This document shows, in pieces, positions 1 to 9,460 of a stretch of 32,000 nucleotides of DNA; within the stretch, counting starts at the first letter, position 1, and every line of letters starts with the position of its first letter. The notes beneath the pieces are model-generated. The model was not told the DNA's origin, searched no databases, and saw only the letters and a program-made list of their open reading frames with translations. This stretch comes from Chlamydiales bacterium (GTDB taxonomy: Bacteria > Chlamydiota > Chlamydiia > Chlamydiales > SM23-39), in contig OZ253438.1 of the NCBI GenBank assembly GCA_965261025.1, positions 960,001 to 992,000 of the forward strand. Reading direction: 5' to 3'. The position numbers and the translations under genes are program-made.

Positions 1-1
1 A

Positions 2-445
2 GCTAACGATGTAGCTAATGCTATAGGACCTGTTGCAGCTATCTTGGAGGTTTTAAAAACCAAGGCTATTTCCCAAAATACCCTTATCCCTAGCTGGCTT
101 TTAGGCTTTGGAGGAATAGGCATCGTAATAGGACTAGCTACTTGGGGTTGGAGAGTCATAGAAACCGTTGGGAAAAAAATCACAGAACTAACCCCTACTA
201 GGGGGTTTTGTGCAGAATTTGGCGCTGCTTTTACCATCTTGTTTGCTTCTAAGTTAGGCATGCCCATTTCTACCACCCATTCTTTGGTAGGTTCTGTTTT
301 AGGAGTAGGTTTAGCTAGGGGTTTGCGCTCTATCAATTTAAGAACATTGAGAGATATAGCCCTTTCTTGGATCGTTACCATCCCTTTGTGTGCTTTTCTG
401 AGCGTTCTTCTTTTTTACGGGATTTCTCTTTTCGCTAGATCTTAA
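2..445 (+). CDS. PiT-family inorganic phosphate transporter, C-terminal part (5' end lies left of the window)
   Basis: The frame is open from nt 2. Translation starts [17 protein letters not shown], which is the [11 protein letters not shown] signature of PiT/PHO4 transporters, and continues into hydrophobic helices. The TTG at 44 in the ORF track is internal. Confidence 0.85.
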   Translation, partial: ANDVANAIGPVAAILEVLKTKAISQNTLIPSWLLGFGGIGIVIGLATWGWRVIETVGKKITELTPTRGFCAEFGAAFTILFASKLGMPISTTHSLVGSVLGVGLARGLRSINLRTLRDIALSWIVTIPLCAFLSVLLFYGISLFARS

Positions 446-504
446 AAAACTAAGATAACGAGAACCAATTCCAGAAAATAGAAAAAAAGGCTAGTATCAA
501 GAAC

Positions 505-3042
505 ATGAACTTGGAAGAAGAAGCGGAGCTGGTTTTAAGAAAAATTAAGGGGTATTTGATATCTCAATTAGGAAAGCTGTTAGAAGAAGCCTCTTTGGAA
601 GAGTTCTATCTCGCTTTTTGCTTTGTTTTGCGAGAAAAAGTAATGGTAAACTGGACAGCTTGCCTACAAACCTTTTCGCAAAGAAAAGACCGCATCCTTT
701 ATTTTCTTTCCATGGAATACCTTCCAGGAAGACTTCTAGGCAATAATATTAACCATATAGGTGCTTTGGATCTGGTAAAAAAAGTGTTAGAAAAAACCAA
801 AAAAACCTTGGGAGATTTTTTAGAACAAGAACCTGATCCAGGGCTAGGTAATGGGGGATTAGGAAGGCTGGCTTCTTGTTTTTTAGACTCTCTTGCCACC
901 CAAGAATACCCTTGTTGGGGATATGGACTTCGCTATCAATATGGTATTTTTGATCAAGAAATATGGGATGGGTCTCAAATAGAAAGACCTGACTGCTGGC
1001 TTTTAAATGAAAATCCTTGGGAGTTTCGTAAAGACAATGATGCTGCAGCCGTCTACTTTCGAGGGAAACCTCTTGCTGCTACCAATTCCCATGGGGAAGA
1101 AGTTTTTCAGCTAGAAGATTACGAAGAAGTAAGAGCCCTTCCTTATGACACCCCTATTATCGGCTATCCGAAAGAAGGAAGTTTCCCTGTTATCTCTTTA
1201 AGACTCTGGACAACTAAAGAATCTCCTAGAAATTTTGAGCTACAAAGATATAATGCAGGACACTTAGATCAGGCCGCAGAAAACACCTCTTTAACTGATG
1301 TCTTATACCCTAATGATCACCATGATATAGGAAAAAGAATTCGTTTGAAGCAGGAGTTTTTATTAGTCTCTGCCTCTTTGCAAGATATTATAAAAAGACA
1401 CCTTAAGATACATGAAACCATAGATAATTTTTCCGAAAAGGTACGAATCCAAGTCAACGACACTCATCCTTCTTTAATCATTGCAGAACTTACTCGAAGG
1501 CTTGTCAAAGATCATGATATGCCGTTAGACAAAGCTTGGGAGATAACACAAACCTGCTGCAGTTATACCAATCACACCATTTTAAAAGAAGCTTTGGAGG
1601 AATGGAATGAAGATAGGCTTTTTCAGCTTCTTCCAAGACAGTATAAAATGATTCAAAAATTAAATTTTCGTTTCTGTTCAGAAATCAGAAAAAGATTCCC
1701 TAACCAAGAAGAAAAACTGCAAAAAATGTCTTTCATTGAAAGAGGGCAAGTCAAAATGGCCCACTTAAGTATCTATGGAAGCCACAAGGTAAATGGAGTA
1801 GCAGAACTTCATACAGAGATTTTAAAGAAAAGAACTTTTCCAGATTTTTATGAAATGTACCCTGACAAATTTTTAGCCATCACAAACGGAGTTACTCAAA
1901 GGAGATGGGTTCTTTATGCCAATCCTTCTCTGGCAGAGCTGATCTGTTCTAAAATTGGTACAGGATGGATCACAAACTTTGAAGAAATTCGTAAGTTAGA
2001 ATCTTTTTCTACAGAAAAAGCAGTACAAGAAGCCTTTTTACAGATTAAAAAGGAGAACAAAAAAAAACTGATTTCCTTCCTTACAACAGAAAATCCTGTA
2101 CGGGACTATAAAGGAAAAATCATAAGTCATTTTTCTCCTTTAAAAGAGGACGCACTTTTTGATGTTCAAATCAAACGCATCCACGAATATAAAAGACCCC
2201 TTCTAAATATCCTACACACCATCTTGCTCTATCAAGAATATAAAGAAAAAAAAAGGAAAGACCCCCTTCCTAGAATGGTGCTTTTTGCAGGGAAAGCGGC
2301 TCCTGGATATGAGCTTGCAAAAAAAATGATCCGTCTAATTTATGCCATTGCTCGTAAGATAAATGAAGATCCTGAAGTACACTCTTTTTTACGAGTTGCT
2401 TTTGTTGAAAATTACAATGTCTCTAAAGCACAAATCATCATCCCCGCAGCAGATCTTTCGGAGCAAATTTCTTTGGCAGGACAGGAAGCCTCAGGAACAG
2501 GAAATATGAAGCTAGCTATGAACGGAGCCCTCACTATAGGAACTTCTGATGGCGCCAATATAGAAATGCAACAGCAAGTAGAAAAAACCTGGTGGCCTTT
2601 TAGTTTTGGCTCTACAGAAGAAGAGATAGCTCAGATCAGAAAAACTTATAACCCTTGGGATATTTATAACCAAGACGAGTCCATTCGAGGGGCAGTAGAT
2701 ACTTTGAAAAATGGCTTTTTCGCCCAAAACGAGGGAGAAAAAGAAGCTTTTTATCATCTATATCAAAGCCTTTTAGAAGGAACTGTTTTCGATCCAGCAG
2801 ACCGCTATTTTGTCTTAAAAGATTTTCGATCCTACTACGAAACACAAAAAAAAGTAGAAGAGCTCTACAAGCAACCTTTGAAGTGGGCAGAATTTGCTCT
2901 TCAAAATATCTCTGGAATGGGAAAATTTTCCACTGATACCTCGATAAAAAAATATGCCAAAGAAGTCTGGGGACTTAGCCCCTCTCCTTGTGATCTTGAA
3001 ATACTGCATAGGCTGACTCAAGAGTGTTTTGCCATTCTTTAA
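505..3042 (+). CDS. glgP: glycogen/maltodextrin phosphorylase (GT35)
   Basis: 845 aa. Contains GLGNGGLGRLA, the YTNHT block and the PLP-lysine block EASGTGNMKLAMNGALTIGTSDGANIEM. Confidence 0.95.
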   Translation: MNLEEEAELVLRKIKGYLISQLGKLLEEASLEEFYLAFCFVLREKVMVNWTACLQTFSQRKDRILYFLSMEYLPGRLLGNNINHIGALDLVKKVLEKTKKTLGDFLEQEPDPGLGNGGLGRLASCFLDSLATQEYPCWGYGLRYQYGIFDQEIWDGSQIERPDCWLLNENPWEFRKDNDAAAVYFRGKPLAATNSHGEEVFQLEDYEEVRALPYDTPIIGYPKEGSFPVISLRLWTTKESPRNFELQRYNAGHLDQAAENTSLTDVLYPNDHHDIGKRIRLKQEFLLVSASLQDIIKRHLKIHETIDNFSEKVRIQVNDTHPSLIIAELTRRLVKDHDMPLDKAWEITQTCCSYTNHTILKEALEEWNEDRLFQLLPRQYKMIQKLNFRFCSEIRKRFPNQEEKLQKMSFIERGQVKMAHLSIYGSHKVNGVAELHTEILKKRTFPDFYEMYPDKFLAITNGVTQRRWVLYANPSLAELICSKIGTGWITNFEEIRKLESFSTEKAVQEAFLQIKKENKKKLISFLTTENPVRDYKGKIISHFSPLKEDALFDVQIKRIHEYKRPLLNILHTILLYQEYKEKKRKDPLPRMVLFAGKAAPGYELAKKMIRLIYAIARKINEDPEVHSFLRVAFVENYNVSKAQIIIPAADLSEQISLAGQEASGTGNMKLAMNGALTIGTSDGANIEMQQQVEKTWWPFSFGSTEEEIAQIRKTYNPWDIYNQDESIRGAVDTLKNGFFAQNEGEKEAFYHLYQSLLEGTVFDPADRYFVLKDFRSYYETQKKVEELYKQPLKWAEFALQNISGMGKFSTDTSIKKYAKEVWGLSPSPCDLEILHRLTQECFAIL

Positions 3043-3746
3043 AGAAGACCCCATTTTTTTAATAGATCCTTATTCTTTGTTTTCATTCCATTAAAATAAC
3101 GGATCAGATCTTGATTTTTCCCTTTTAAAGTAACCAAACGAAGTTCTTTTCCTACTACAGGCTTTTCCACTAGTTTCAATTTTTTGAAAAAGCTATCCTG
3201 CAAAAAAGAAATAGCAGGAAGTCGTTCTAAAACGGCCCCTTCTATCTCTTGTTTTTCTACCGCATTCAAAAGCTGCGGATAGCTAGAATAGGTTTCTACG
3301 ATTGCTTTTTTAGGAAGGTTTTTAAAAACTCCATACGGAAAATCTTTTTCTAAAAAGCCTATTTTTTCCCCTTCCATTTTCTCTAAAGAACTGAAAGGGC
3401 TTTTTTCTGTCGTTACCAGCACCATTCCTACTTGCAGAAAACCCTCTGAGAAGTCATATTTGTCCTTATAAAAGCTATAAGGCTCTAAAAAAGTAAAAAT
3501 AGCCTGATATTCTTGTTTTTCTAGCCCCTCTAAAAGTCCCCTTGATGAAACATAGATCTTTTCTAAATCTTTTCCACTTTGCTTAGAAAGGGCTAAAAAG
3601 AAATCTTCTACATAACCCATTAGATAATCTTGTTTTTCCCCTAAATTAGCCTCTGTAAAACTGGGATCTATTCCTATGGAAAAGGTATGAAAAGGTCCCC
3701 TTGAACAGCTCAGAAACAAAAAAAGAAGAAAAAGCAAAGATCTCAT
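3039..3746 (-). CDS. periplasmic solute-binding protein, family 3 (amino-acid-binding ArtJ/GlnH-like), probable lipoprotein
   Basis: N-terminal signal peptide ending LFLSC. The spacing pattern is typical of SBP_bac_3 (GLLEGLEKQEYQAIF, YDFSEGF, GEKIGFL, EIEGAVLE, LLKKWGL). No permease or ATPase gene is adjacent. Confidence 0.6.
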   Translation of the reverse strand: MRSLLFLLFLFLSCSRGPFHTFSIGIDPSFTEANLGEKQDYLMGYVEDFFLALSKQSGKDLEKIYVSSRGLLEGLEKQEYQAIFTFLEPYSFYKDKYDFSEGFLQVGMVLVTTEKSPFSSLEKMEGEKIGFLEKDFPYGVFKNLPKKAIVETYSSYPQLLNAVEKQEIEGAVLERLPAISFLQDSFFKKLKLVEKPVVGKELRLVTLKGKNQDLIRYFNGMKTKNKDLLKKWGLL

Positions 3747-3911
3747 GCAAATCTGCCTCTATTAAAATCATAAGGATATCGAAAACTTTTTCTTCTATCT
3801 ATCTATTTTTCGTCTCTTCTTCTTTAGCTCGAGAAGCTAAAAGAATCAGATTTTACTCTGAAAATTCCCTATTTCTGGTAGGGTATGTCTTTTCTGAAAA
3901 AGGCCTTTTAT

Positions 3912-4955
3912 ATGAGTCAAAAAAAACTCTATATCATTGCAAACTTTGGAGGCCCTAGGGAAGAGAAAGAAATTGCTCCTTTTCTAAAAGAGCTTCTCTC
4001 AGATCCTGAGGTTATTCGAACTCCTTTTCCTCTTTTTATTCAAAAGCCTTTTTTTCAATGGGTTGCTAAAAAAAGAGCAAAAACCGTCCTCAAAGAATAT
4101 CAAAAAATGGGAGGAAAATCTCCTATTTTTGAAGACACAGAACAAATCGGCTCTATGGTAAAAGAGCTGTTACAAGAGGATCTATTATGTTTTCACAGAT
4201 ATCTACCTTCTACCCACACCTTTTTTTTTCAAAGAGTAAAAGAGATAGCTCCTTCAGAAACTATCGTTTTTCCTATGTTCGCTCAATTTAGTTATACCAC
4301 TACAGGAAGCATTGCTAAATTCTTTTATGAAAAAATGCCTTATAAAGAACGGCTAAAATGGGTTTTCTCTTATGCCTCTCAGGAGCCTTTTGTACAATGT
4401 TTTGTAGAAAAGATCCAAAAAGCTCTCCAAGACGCGCAGTTTACCCAAGAAAATACCTTTTTTCTTTTTTCCTGCCATGGACTGCCTTATGAATATGTGA
4501 AAAAAGGAGATCCGTATCAAAAAGAATGTGAAATCTCTTTTCAGAAAATTCTTTCCTATTTTCCTAAGGCCTTGGGAAAAATCGCCTATCAATCTCAATT
4601 TGGAAAAAAAGAGTGGCTCAGGCCCTATACACAAGATGTTTGTAAAAATATTTCGATATATAGAGAAAAAAGACCCCATGTTTTACTTATTCCTTTGAGC
4701 TTTACCTCTGACCACTTAGAAACTTTAGTAGAAATAGAAGAGCTTTATCTTCCTCTTATTAAAGAACAAGGGCTTAAGGCCTACAGATGCCCAGCCTTAA
4801 ACACAGAAAAAACCTGGATTTGTGCTATAAAACATCTAATGCAAAATTCTCCCCTTTTTGAAACAAAAAAGCTCCTTCGCCTCCCTACCGAAAAAGCTAC
4901 CTTCTTGCAAAAAACCTTGTCTCTTCTGAGGAAATTTAAAAGCGCTACGATATAG
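3912..4955 (+). CDS. hemH: ferrochelatase
   Basis: Contains LYIIANFGGP...FLKELLSDPEVI, MGGKSPI and FSCHGLPYEYVKKGDPYQKECE. The start is ambiguous: ATG 3912 has AAAGG about 9 nt upstream, and an in-frame ATG at 3885 is the alternative. Confidence 0.85.
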   Translation: MSQKKLYIIANFGGPREEKEIAPFLKELLSDPEVIRTPFPLFIQKPFFQWVAKKRAKTVLKEYQKMGGKSPIFEDTEQIGSMVKELLQEDLLCFHRYLPSTHTFFFQRVKEIAPSETIVFPMFAQFSYTTTGSIAKFFYEKMPYKERLKWVFSYASQEPFVQCFVEKIQKALQDAQFTQENTFFLFSCHGLPYEYVKKGDPYQKECEISFQKILSYFPKALGKIAYQSQFGKKEWLRPYTQDVCKNISIYREKRPHVLLIPLSFTSDHLETLVEIEELYLPLIKEQGLKAYRCPALNTEKTWICAIKHLMQNSPLFETKKLLRLPTEKATFLQKTLSLLRKFKSATI

Positions 4956-5012
4956 AAAAAAGCGTAGCTTATGCTATATTGCAACATATCCGACATACTC
5001 TCTTGAAACAAA

Positions 5013-6068
5013 ATGTTTGTGAGATTAAAAAACTGGCTACTCCTGCTTTTTTTCCAAAAGCCTGTAAAAAAAGAAGTTTTAGCTACTAAAAGGCCTCTTT
5101 CTATCTTAGTCGTATCCACTACAGGTATGGGAGATACTCTCTTTGCCCTCCCTTCTTTGCCTTTTCTAAAAAAGCTGGGGTCGCTTTCTTTTTTAACCCA
5201 CGAAACAGGAAAAGAGCTTCTCAAAACAGAAAAAACTATTGATCGCTTTTTCCTTCTTCCTAAATCTCTTTTTTTCTCCTTTTTTTCTTTTAGAAAAATC
5301 CTAAAGAAAACCCCCTTTGATCTCATTTTTATATTTCATGCCTCCCAAAGATTAGTTTTTCCCTTGTGCGCAAGCCTACAACCTAAAAGATTGATAGGAA
5401 CGCTTTTTCAAAATAAAGGGCTAGACGCTCTTTTTACCGATTTGATTCCTTGGCAAAATTCTCATGAAGTCCAAAGAAGACTTGATCAAGTCTCTTTATT
5501 TATAAGTCCAGATCTTCCTCAAAAAGGATCTCTTGTTTTAACAAGGGAAGAAAAAAAGAGGGGAGAGGCTCTTCTCTTGGAAAAAAATCTCTCCTTAGAA
5601 AAACCCACCGTTTTTATTCATCCGGGAGCCCAGGATAATTATAAATGTTGGCCTTTGGAAAATTTTGTTTCCCTGCTATCTCTTTTTCGAGAAAGAACTA
5701 CTCTACAGCTAGTTTTACTGGGAGGAAAAAAGGAACGGGAAAAACTACTTCTTCTCCAGGAAAAAGCCTTGGCTGTATTTCCCCTGCTTTCTGTAAGAGA
5801 GCTTGCTTCTTTATTGGAAAAAGCCTCTCTTTTTATTACTCATGACACCGGACCTATGCATCTAGCTTCCTGTTTAAATGTCCCTACTTTAGCTCTTTTT
5901 TCCCCCACGGATCCTAAGACTTACGGTCCTTACGATAGCCCGCGTAGTAAAGTCCTTTTTTTTGAAAAAACCTGCCTGCCTTGTTTAAAAAGAGCCTGTC
6001 TTTTACCGTTTTGTATGCACCAGATAAGCCCAGAAAGAGTTTTTCAAACAGCGGAAAAAATGCTATGA
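5013..6068 (+). CDS. glycosyltransferase family 9 (LPS heptosyltransferase-like)
   Basis: Contains ILVVSTTGMGDTLFALPSL near the N-terminus, KCWPLENF, and THDTGPMHLASCLNVPTLALFSPTDP, the GT9 C-terminal motif. Confidence 0.8.
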   Translation: MFVRLKNWLLLLFFQKPVKKEVLATKRPLSILVVSTTGMGDTLFALPSLPFLKKLGSLSFLTHETGKELLKTEKTIDRFFLLPKSLFFSFFSFRKILKKTPFDLIFIFHASQRLVFPLCASLQPKRLIGTLFQNKGLDALFTDLIPWQNSHEVQRRLDQVSLFISPDLPQKGSLVLTREEKKRGEALLLEKNLSLEKPTVFIHPGAQDNYKCWPLENFVSLLSLFRERTTLQLVLLGGKKEREKLLLLQEKALAVFPLLSVRELASLLEKASLFITHDTGPMHLASCLNVPTLALFSPTDPKTYGPYDSPRSKVLFFEKTCLPCLKRACLLPFCMHQISPERVFQTAEKML

Positions 6069-7027
6069 CAGCCCCTTTGATATATGTTCTCATTTTGCAT
6101 TGGAAGGGGAAAAAAGATACTCTTTCTTGTCTTGCTTCTTTAGAAAAAGTCGATTACTCCCCCTTTGAAACTGTCGTTATAGATAACGGCTCTTTTGATT
6201 CTTTAGAAGAAGAAATCCACAAGAAATTTCCTTCTGTCTTTTTTTTACAAAATGGAAAAAACCTAGGGTATGCGGAGGGAAATAATCGAGGTATTTTATA
6301 TGCTTTATCCCAGGGGGCTCAGGCTGTGTTACTACTCAATAACGACACGATTGTATCTCCTGACTTTCTCACAGAACTAGTAGAAACAAAAAAAGCCTTC
6401 CCTCGAGGAGGGATTTTTGGCTCTAAAAGCCTTTCCTTATCTCTTCCTGATACTATTGATCATATAGGAGGCTTTTGGAAGGAAGAAATCGCAGAATTTG
6501 TCTGTCATGATAAAGGAAAACCAAACTACAAAAGTCCTCCCTTTTTGGTAGATTACGTATCAGGTTGCGCCCTTCTTATAGAAAAGCAGGTGATAGAAAA
6601 GATAGGCCTTTTAGATGCCCGGTTTTTCCTCTTGTGGGAAGAAGCAGATTTTTGCACAAGAGCTAAAAAAGAAGGATTTGAAATCGTAGCAGCCCCGAGC
6701 TCTCTCATCTGGCATAAAGTTTCTGCCTCTTTTAGTGGAAAACCTTTGCTTCATTACTATTGGTGGAGAAATCGACTTTTATTCTTAAAAAAAAATTTCC
6801 CTTTTAACAAAAGAAAAGCTCTTTATAGGGCTTGCATTTTTTCTGAAATACTGAGGGAATTTCGCCACTTTCTTCTAAAAGGACTCGAGGCTGTTTTTCT
6901 GAAAATACTCTCTCCCCAGAAATTTTCTGAAGAAAAACAACAAAAATTGAAGCGATATAAAGCAGGTTGTAAAGGGATTTGGGATTATTTTTTAAAAAAA
7001 TTTCATGGCCCCGTTTTTCTTCCCTAG
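6065..7027 (+). CDS. glycosyltransferase family 2 (RfbF/WbbL-like, possible rhamnosyltransferase)
   Basis: Contains VVIDNGSFD, GKNLGYAEGNNRG, LLLNNDT and WEEADFC. The ATG at 6065 overlaps the GT9 stop as ATGA. The ORF-track start at 5981 lies inside the upstream gene. Confidence 0.8.
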   Translation: MTAPLIYVLILHWKGKKDTLSCLASLEKVDYSPFETVVIDNGSFDSLEEEIHKKFPSVFFLQNGKNLGYAEGNNRGILYALSQGAQAVLLLNNDTIVSPDFLTELVETKKAFPRGGIFGSKSLSLSLPDTIDHIGGFWKEEIAEFVCHDKGKPNYKSPPFLVDYVSGCALLIEKQVIEKIGLLDARFFLLWEEADFCTRAKKEGFEIVAAPSSLIWHKVSASFSGKPLLHYYWWRNRLLFLKKNFPFNKRKALYRACIFSEILREFRHFLLKGLEAVFLKILSPQKFSEEKQQKLKRYKAGCKGIWDYFLKKFHGPVFLP

Positions 7028-7093
7028 AAAGAAACGTTTTTCTGAAAACTCCTCCTTCATGGTATAAGGGGAAAAGAGGAAGCAAAAAACAAT

Positions 7094-7978
7094 ATGTGTA
7101 AAAGAAACGGGTACCTGATAAAGCTGCTTTGTTGTTTTCTTTTTCTTCTTGTAGGCTGCGATACCCACATGGCAGTTGTAAACCAGGTAGAAGAAAAAGA
7201 AGCTAATGAGATTATAGTATTTTTAGCTTCAAAAGGGATTTCAGCTCAAAAAATCCCCGCTGTAGAAACAGGTATTCCGGGAGGGGCCAATTCTGGGCAG
7301 AGCTGGAATATTACTGTGGAGGGAAAAGATACCACAAAAGCCATGGCTCTTTTAAACCAATATGGTCTACCCAGAAAACAAGGAACGAATCTTTTAGAGC
7401 TTTTTGCCAAACAAGGACTCATGTCTTCCGATAAAGAAGAAACTATCCGTTTTCAAGCTGGGCTTGCCGAACAGCTAAAAAATACCATTTTGAAAATAGA
7501 TGGAATTATTGATGCAGATGTGCAAATTTCTTTTCCCATAGAGGAAACCCAACCAGGAGAAAAACCACCTCAAATTACCGCTGCGGTCTATGTAAAACAT
7601 CAAGGGGTTTTTGAAAATCCCAATGAGCATCTCGAGACTAAAATCAAGCGCCTTGTTTCGGGAAGTATTGCAGGTCTTGAATATGACAAGGTATCCGTTA
7701 TTGCAGATAGATCCCGCTTTACAGAAGTTTCCTTAGATCCAAATAAAGAGCTTTTCTCCGCAAAAGATCGCAGGGGAGATCTAGTAAGTATTTGGTCTTT
7801 AGTCATGACACAAAAATCTTTGGGACGGTTTCGGGCCATTTTGTTCACGCTTATCTTCTTAATTCTTCTTTTTGGAAGTCTTCTCGTATGGATTCTTTAT
7901 AAAAATTACCCTAAAATGGCAAAGCAGTTGCATTTTTCTTTTCCTTCCTTCAAAAAAAAGAAAGGAAAATCTAGCTAA
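7094..7978 (+). CDS. sctJ: type III secretion inner-membrane ring lipoprotein SctJ (YscJ/PrgK/CdsJ)
   Basis: Lipobox LLVGC, then EANEIIVFLASKGISAQK typical of the YscJ family. C-terminal TM helix followed by a basic tail. Confidence 0.9.
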   Translation: MCKRNGYLIKLLCCFLFLLVGCDTHMAVVNQVEEKEANEIIVFLASKGISAQKIPAVETGIPGGANSGQSWNITVEGKDTTKAMALLNQYGLPRKQGTNLLELFAKQGLMSSDKEETIRFQAGLAEQLKNTILKIDGIIDADVQISFPIEETQPGEKPPQITAAVYVKHQGVFENPNEHLETKIKRLVSGSIAGLEYDKVSVIADRSRFTEVSLDPNKELFSAKDRRGDLVSIWSLVMTQKSLGRFRAILFTLIFLILLFGSLLVWILYKNYPKMAKQLHFSFPSFKKKKGKSS

Positions 7979-7992
7979 GAGATCTTAAGCCT

Positions 7993-8841
7993 GTGAAGCC
8001 ATCTTCCCAAGTGTTATTAAAGGCTTTTTTCAATAAGTACGCTCCTGAAAAGGAAGAATACTTCAGCCGCTTTTTCCCAGAACAGCTCCAAAAAAGCTTG
8101 GGAACCTCCTCCGAAAATTTGTCCCTGAACCCCTCTTATTTTCTTGTAGAAAACCTTTTTCTAAAAGTCCATTACTCTTGGTTTTTACCTACCCTAAATT
8201 CTTATGAAAAAGATATTCCTCTTTTTCTAGCAGCGCTCCCTGAAGAAATTGGTAAAAATCTGCAAAAAACCTTGGGAATAAAACCTCTTTCTTCTCTAAC
8301 TCCAAGGGGGGCTCTTTTTTTAAAACATCACTTGATCCATTCTTTGCTTGGAGAAAAAGAAAATCTTTTACCTCCTGAATATATTTCTTCTTCTATCTTA
8401 TCTCCTCTTCTTGGATTTTCAAAGAAAAGACTGGTAAGACTTATTGACTATCTCTCTCTTTATGATCTTGCCTATGAAATAAAACATATCGTAGATACCA
8501 AACTATTAAAACAAATCAACCAGTGTTTAAAAGATCCTTTAAAAGCCTTTTTACAAAAGCTGTTACCGCAAACCGAAGGCGAAAGGATTCCTTTACAAAA
8601 TTGGGATGGCTCTAAACGGTCCTTTTATGTTCTTCTCCATAGAAAAGGATTAAAAAAACTGGCTCTGCTTTTGAATAAAGAACAAGAAGCTTTAATCTGG
8701 TACGTAGCTCATACTTTAGATATAGGAAGAGGCTCTTCTCTTTTAAAATTATGTGAAAAAAAGGTGACAGCCAATCTTGCTCCCGCTATCATGCGAGGCT
8801 TACAGGAATTGCTAGAGAAAATCTCTCATGAAGAAATCTAA
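7993..8841 (+). CDS. T3SS-cluster protein of unknown function (positional SctK candidate)
   Basis: 282-aa soluble helical ORF with a GTG start. It lies 14 nt after sctJ and overlaps sctL by 14 nt. I recognise no motif. Confidence 0.5.
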   Translation: MKPSSQVLLKAFFNKYAPEKEEYFSRFFPEQLQKSLGTSSENLSLNPSYFLVENLFLKVHYSWFLPTLNSYEKDIPLFLAALPEEIGKNLQKTLGIKPLSSLTPRGALFLKHHLIHSLLGEKENLLPPEYISSSILSPLLGFSKKRLVRLIDYLSLYDLAYEIKHIVDTKLLKQINQCLKDPLKAFLQKLLPQTEGERIPLQNWDGSKRSFYVLLHRKGLKKLALLLNKEQEALIWYVAHTLDIGRGSSLLKLCEKKVTANLAPAIMRGLQELLEKISHEEI

Positions 8842-9460
8842 AAAGTTTGTGCTACTCTCTCATGAAGATGTCTCCTTAGAACCAGGAGAAAAAGTCGTTT
8901 CTAAAGCAGACTTTTCAAAAGTTGTTTCTGCTCAAGAAATCTTGAAAGAAGCTCAAAAGCAAGCAAAAGAATATCGTGAACTCGTTTTAGAAGAGTGCGA
9001 AAAAATCAAAGAAGTTGCTCAAAAAGAAGGCTTTCAAGAAGGATTAGTCAAGCTAAATGAGCACATTTTATCGGTAGGACATCTTTTAAAAACGGTAAGA
9101 GATGAGATCCAAAAAAAAATCTTACCGCTAGCTATTCAGGCTGCCCGAAAAATCTTGGGAGAGGAGCTAAAACTTCACCCTAAAAGGATCGTAGAAATAG
9201 TAAAACAAGCCCTCAAACCCGTTTTGCAGCACCATCAAATCGTGATTTATTTGAATAAGCTAGACTTGGAGATAATAGAGAAAAAAAAGAAAGAAATTCG
9301 CAAAATGTTAGACCAAGCAGAGAGTTTCTCCGTTAAAGAAAGGGAAGATGTAGAGCCTGGCGGCTGCATTATTGAAACAGAGGCAGGTATTATTAATGCC
9401 CAGTTAGAAAATCAGTGGCGCGCTTTAGAAGCCGCGTTTAAGGCTTTTATGGAAAAATGA
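8828..9460 (+). CDS. sctL: type III secretion stator/ATPase regulator SctL (YscL/FliH family)
   Basis: 210 aa. Charged coiled-coil N-terminal half and a FliH/YscL-like C-terminal half (GGCIIETEAGIINAQLENQW). Confidence 0.85.
   Translation: MKKSKKFVLLSHEDVSLEPGEKVVSKADFSKVVSAQEILKEAQKQAKEYRELVLEECEKIKEVAQKEGFQEGLVKLNEHILSVGHLLKTVRDEIQKKILPLAIQAARKILGEELKLHPKRIVEIVKQALKPVLQHHQIVIYLNKLDLEIIEKKKKEIRKMLDQAESFSVKEREDVEPGGCIIETEAGIINAQLENQWRALEAAFKAFMEK

Noticed and set aside
2246-2254. A9 homopolymer inside glgP, and many other A/T runs of 7-10 nt in coding regions, considered as phase-variation switches
   Set aside because: All affected reading frames are intact. The runs encode Lys/Phe stretches expected in an AT-rich genome, and they are not concentrated at the 5' ends of surface-protein genes.
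4944-4968. GCTACG-N13-CGTAGC hairpin spanning the hemH stop, considered as a terminator
   Set aside because: It has only a 6-bp stem, a large 13-nt loop and no following T-run. The next gene starts 45 nt later and is probably co-transcribed.
4781-5326. 181-aa minus-strand ORF spanning the hemH 3' end and the GT9 5' end
   Set aside because: It is antisense to two well-supported genes, and its K/R/F-rich product is typical of the reverse complement of AT-rich coding DNA. It has no SD and no motifs.
5981-6064. ORF-track N-terminal extension of the GT2 gene (and similar extensions at 22114-22125 and 23147-23206)
   Set aside because: The extensions overlap the upstream gene or lack an SD. Internal ATGs at 6065, 22113 and 23146 give an ATGA coupling or strong GGAGG/AAGGAG sites, and they begin directly with a signal peptide or a conserved N-terminus.
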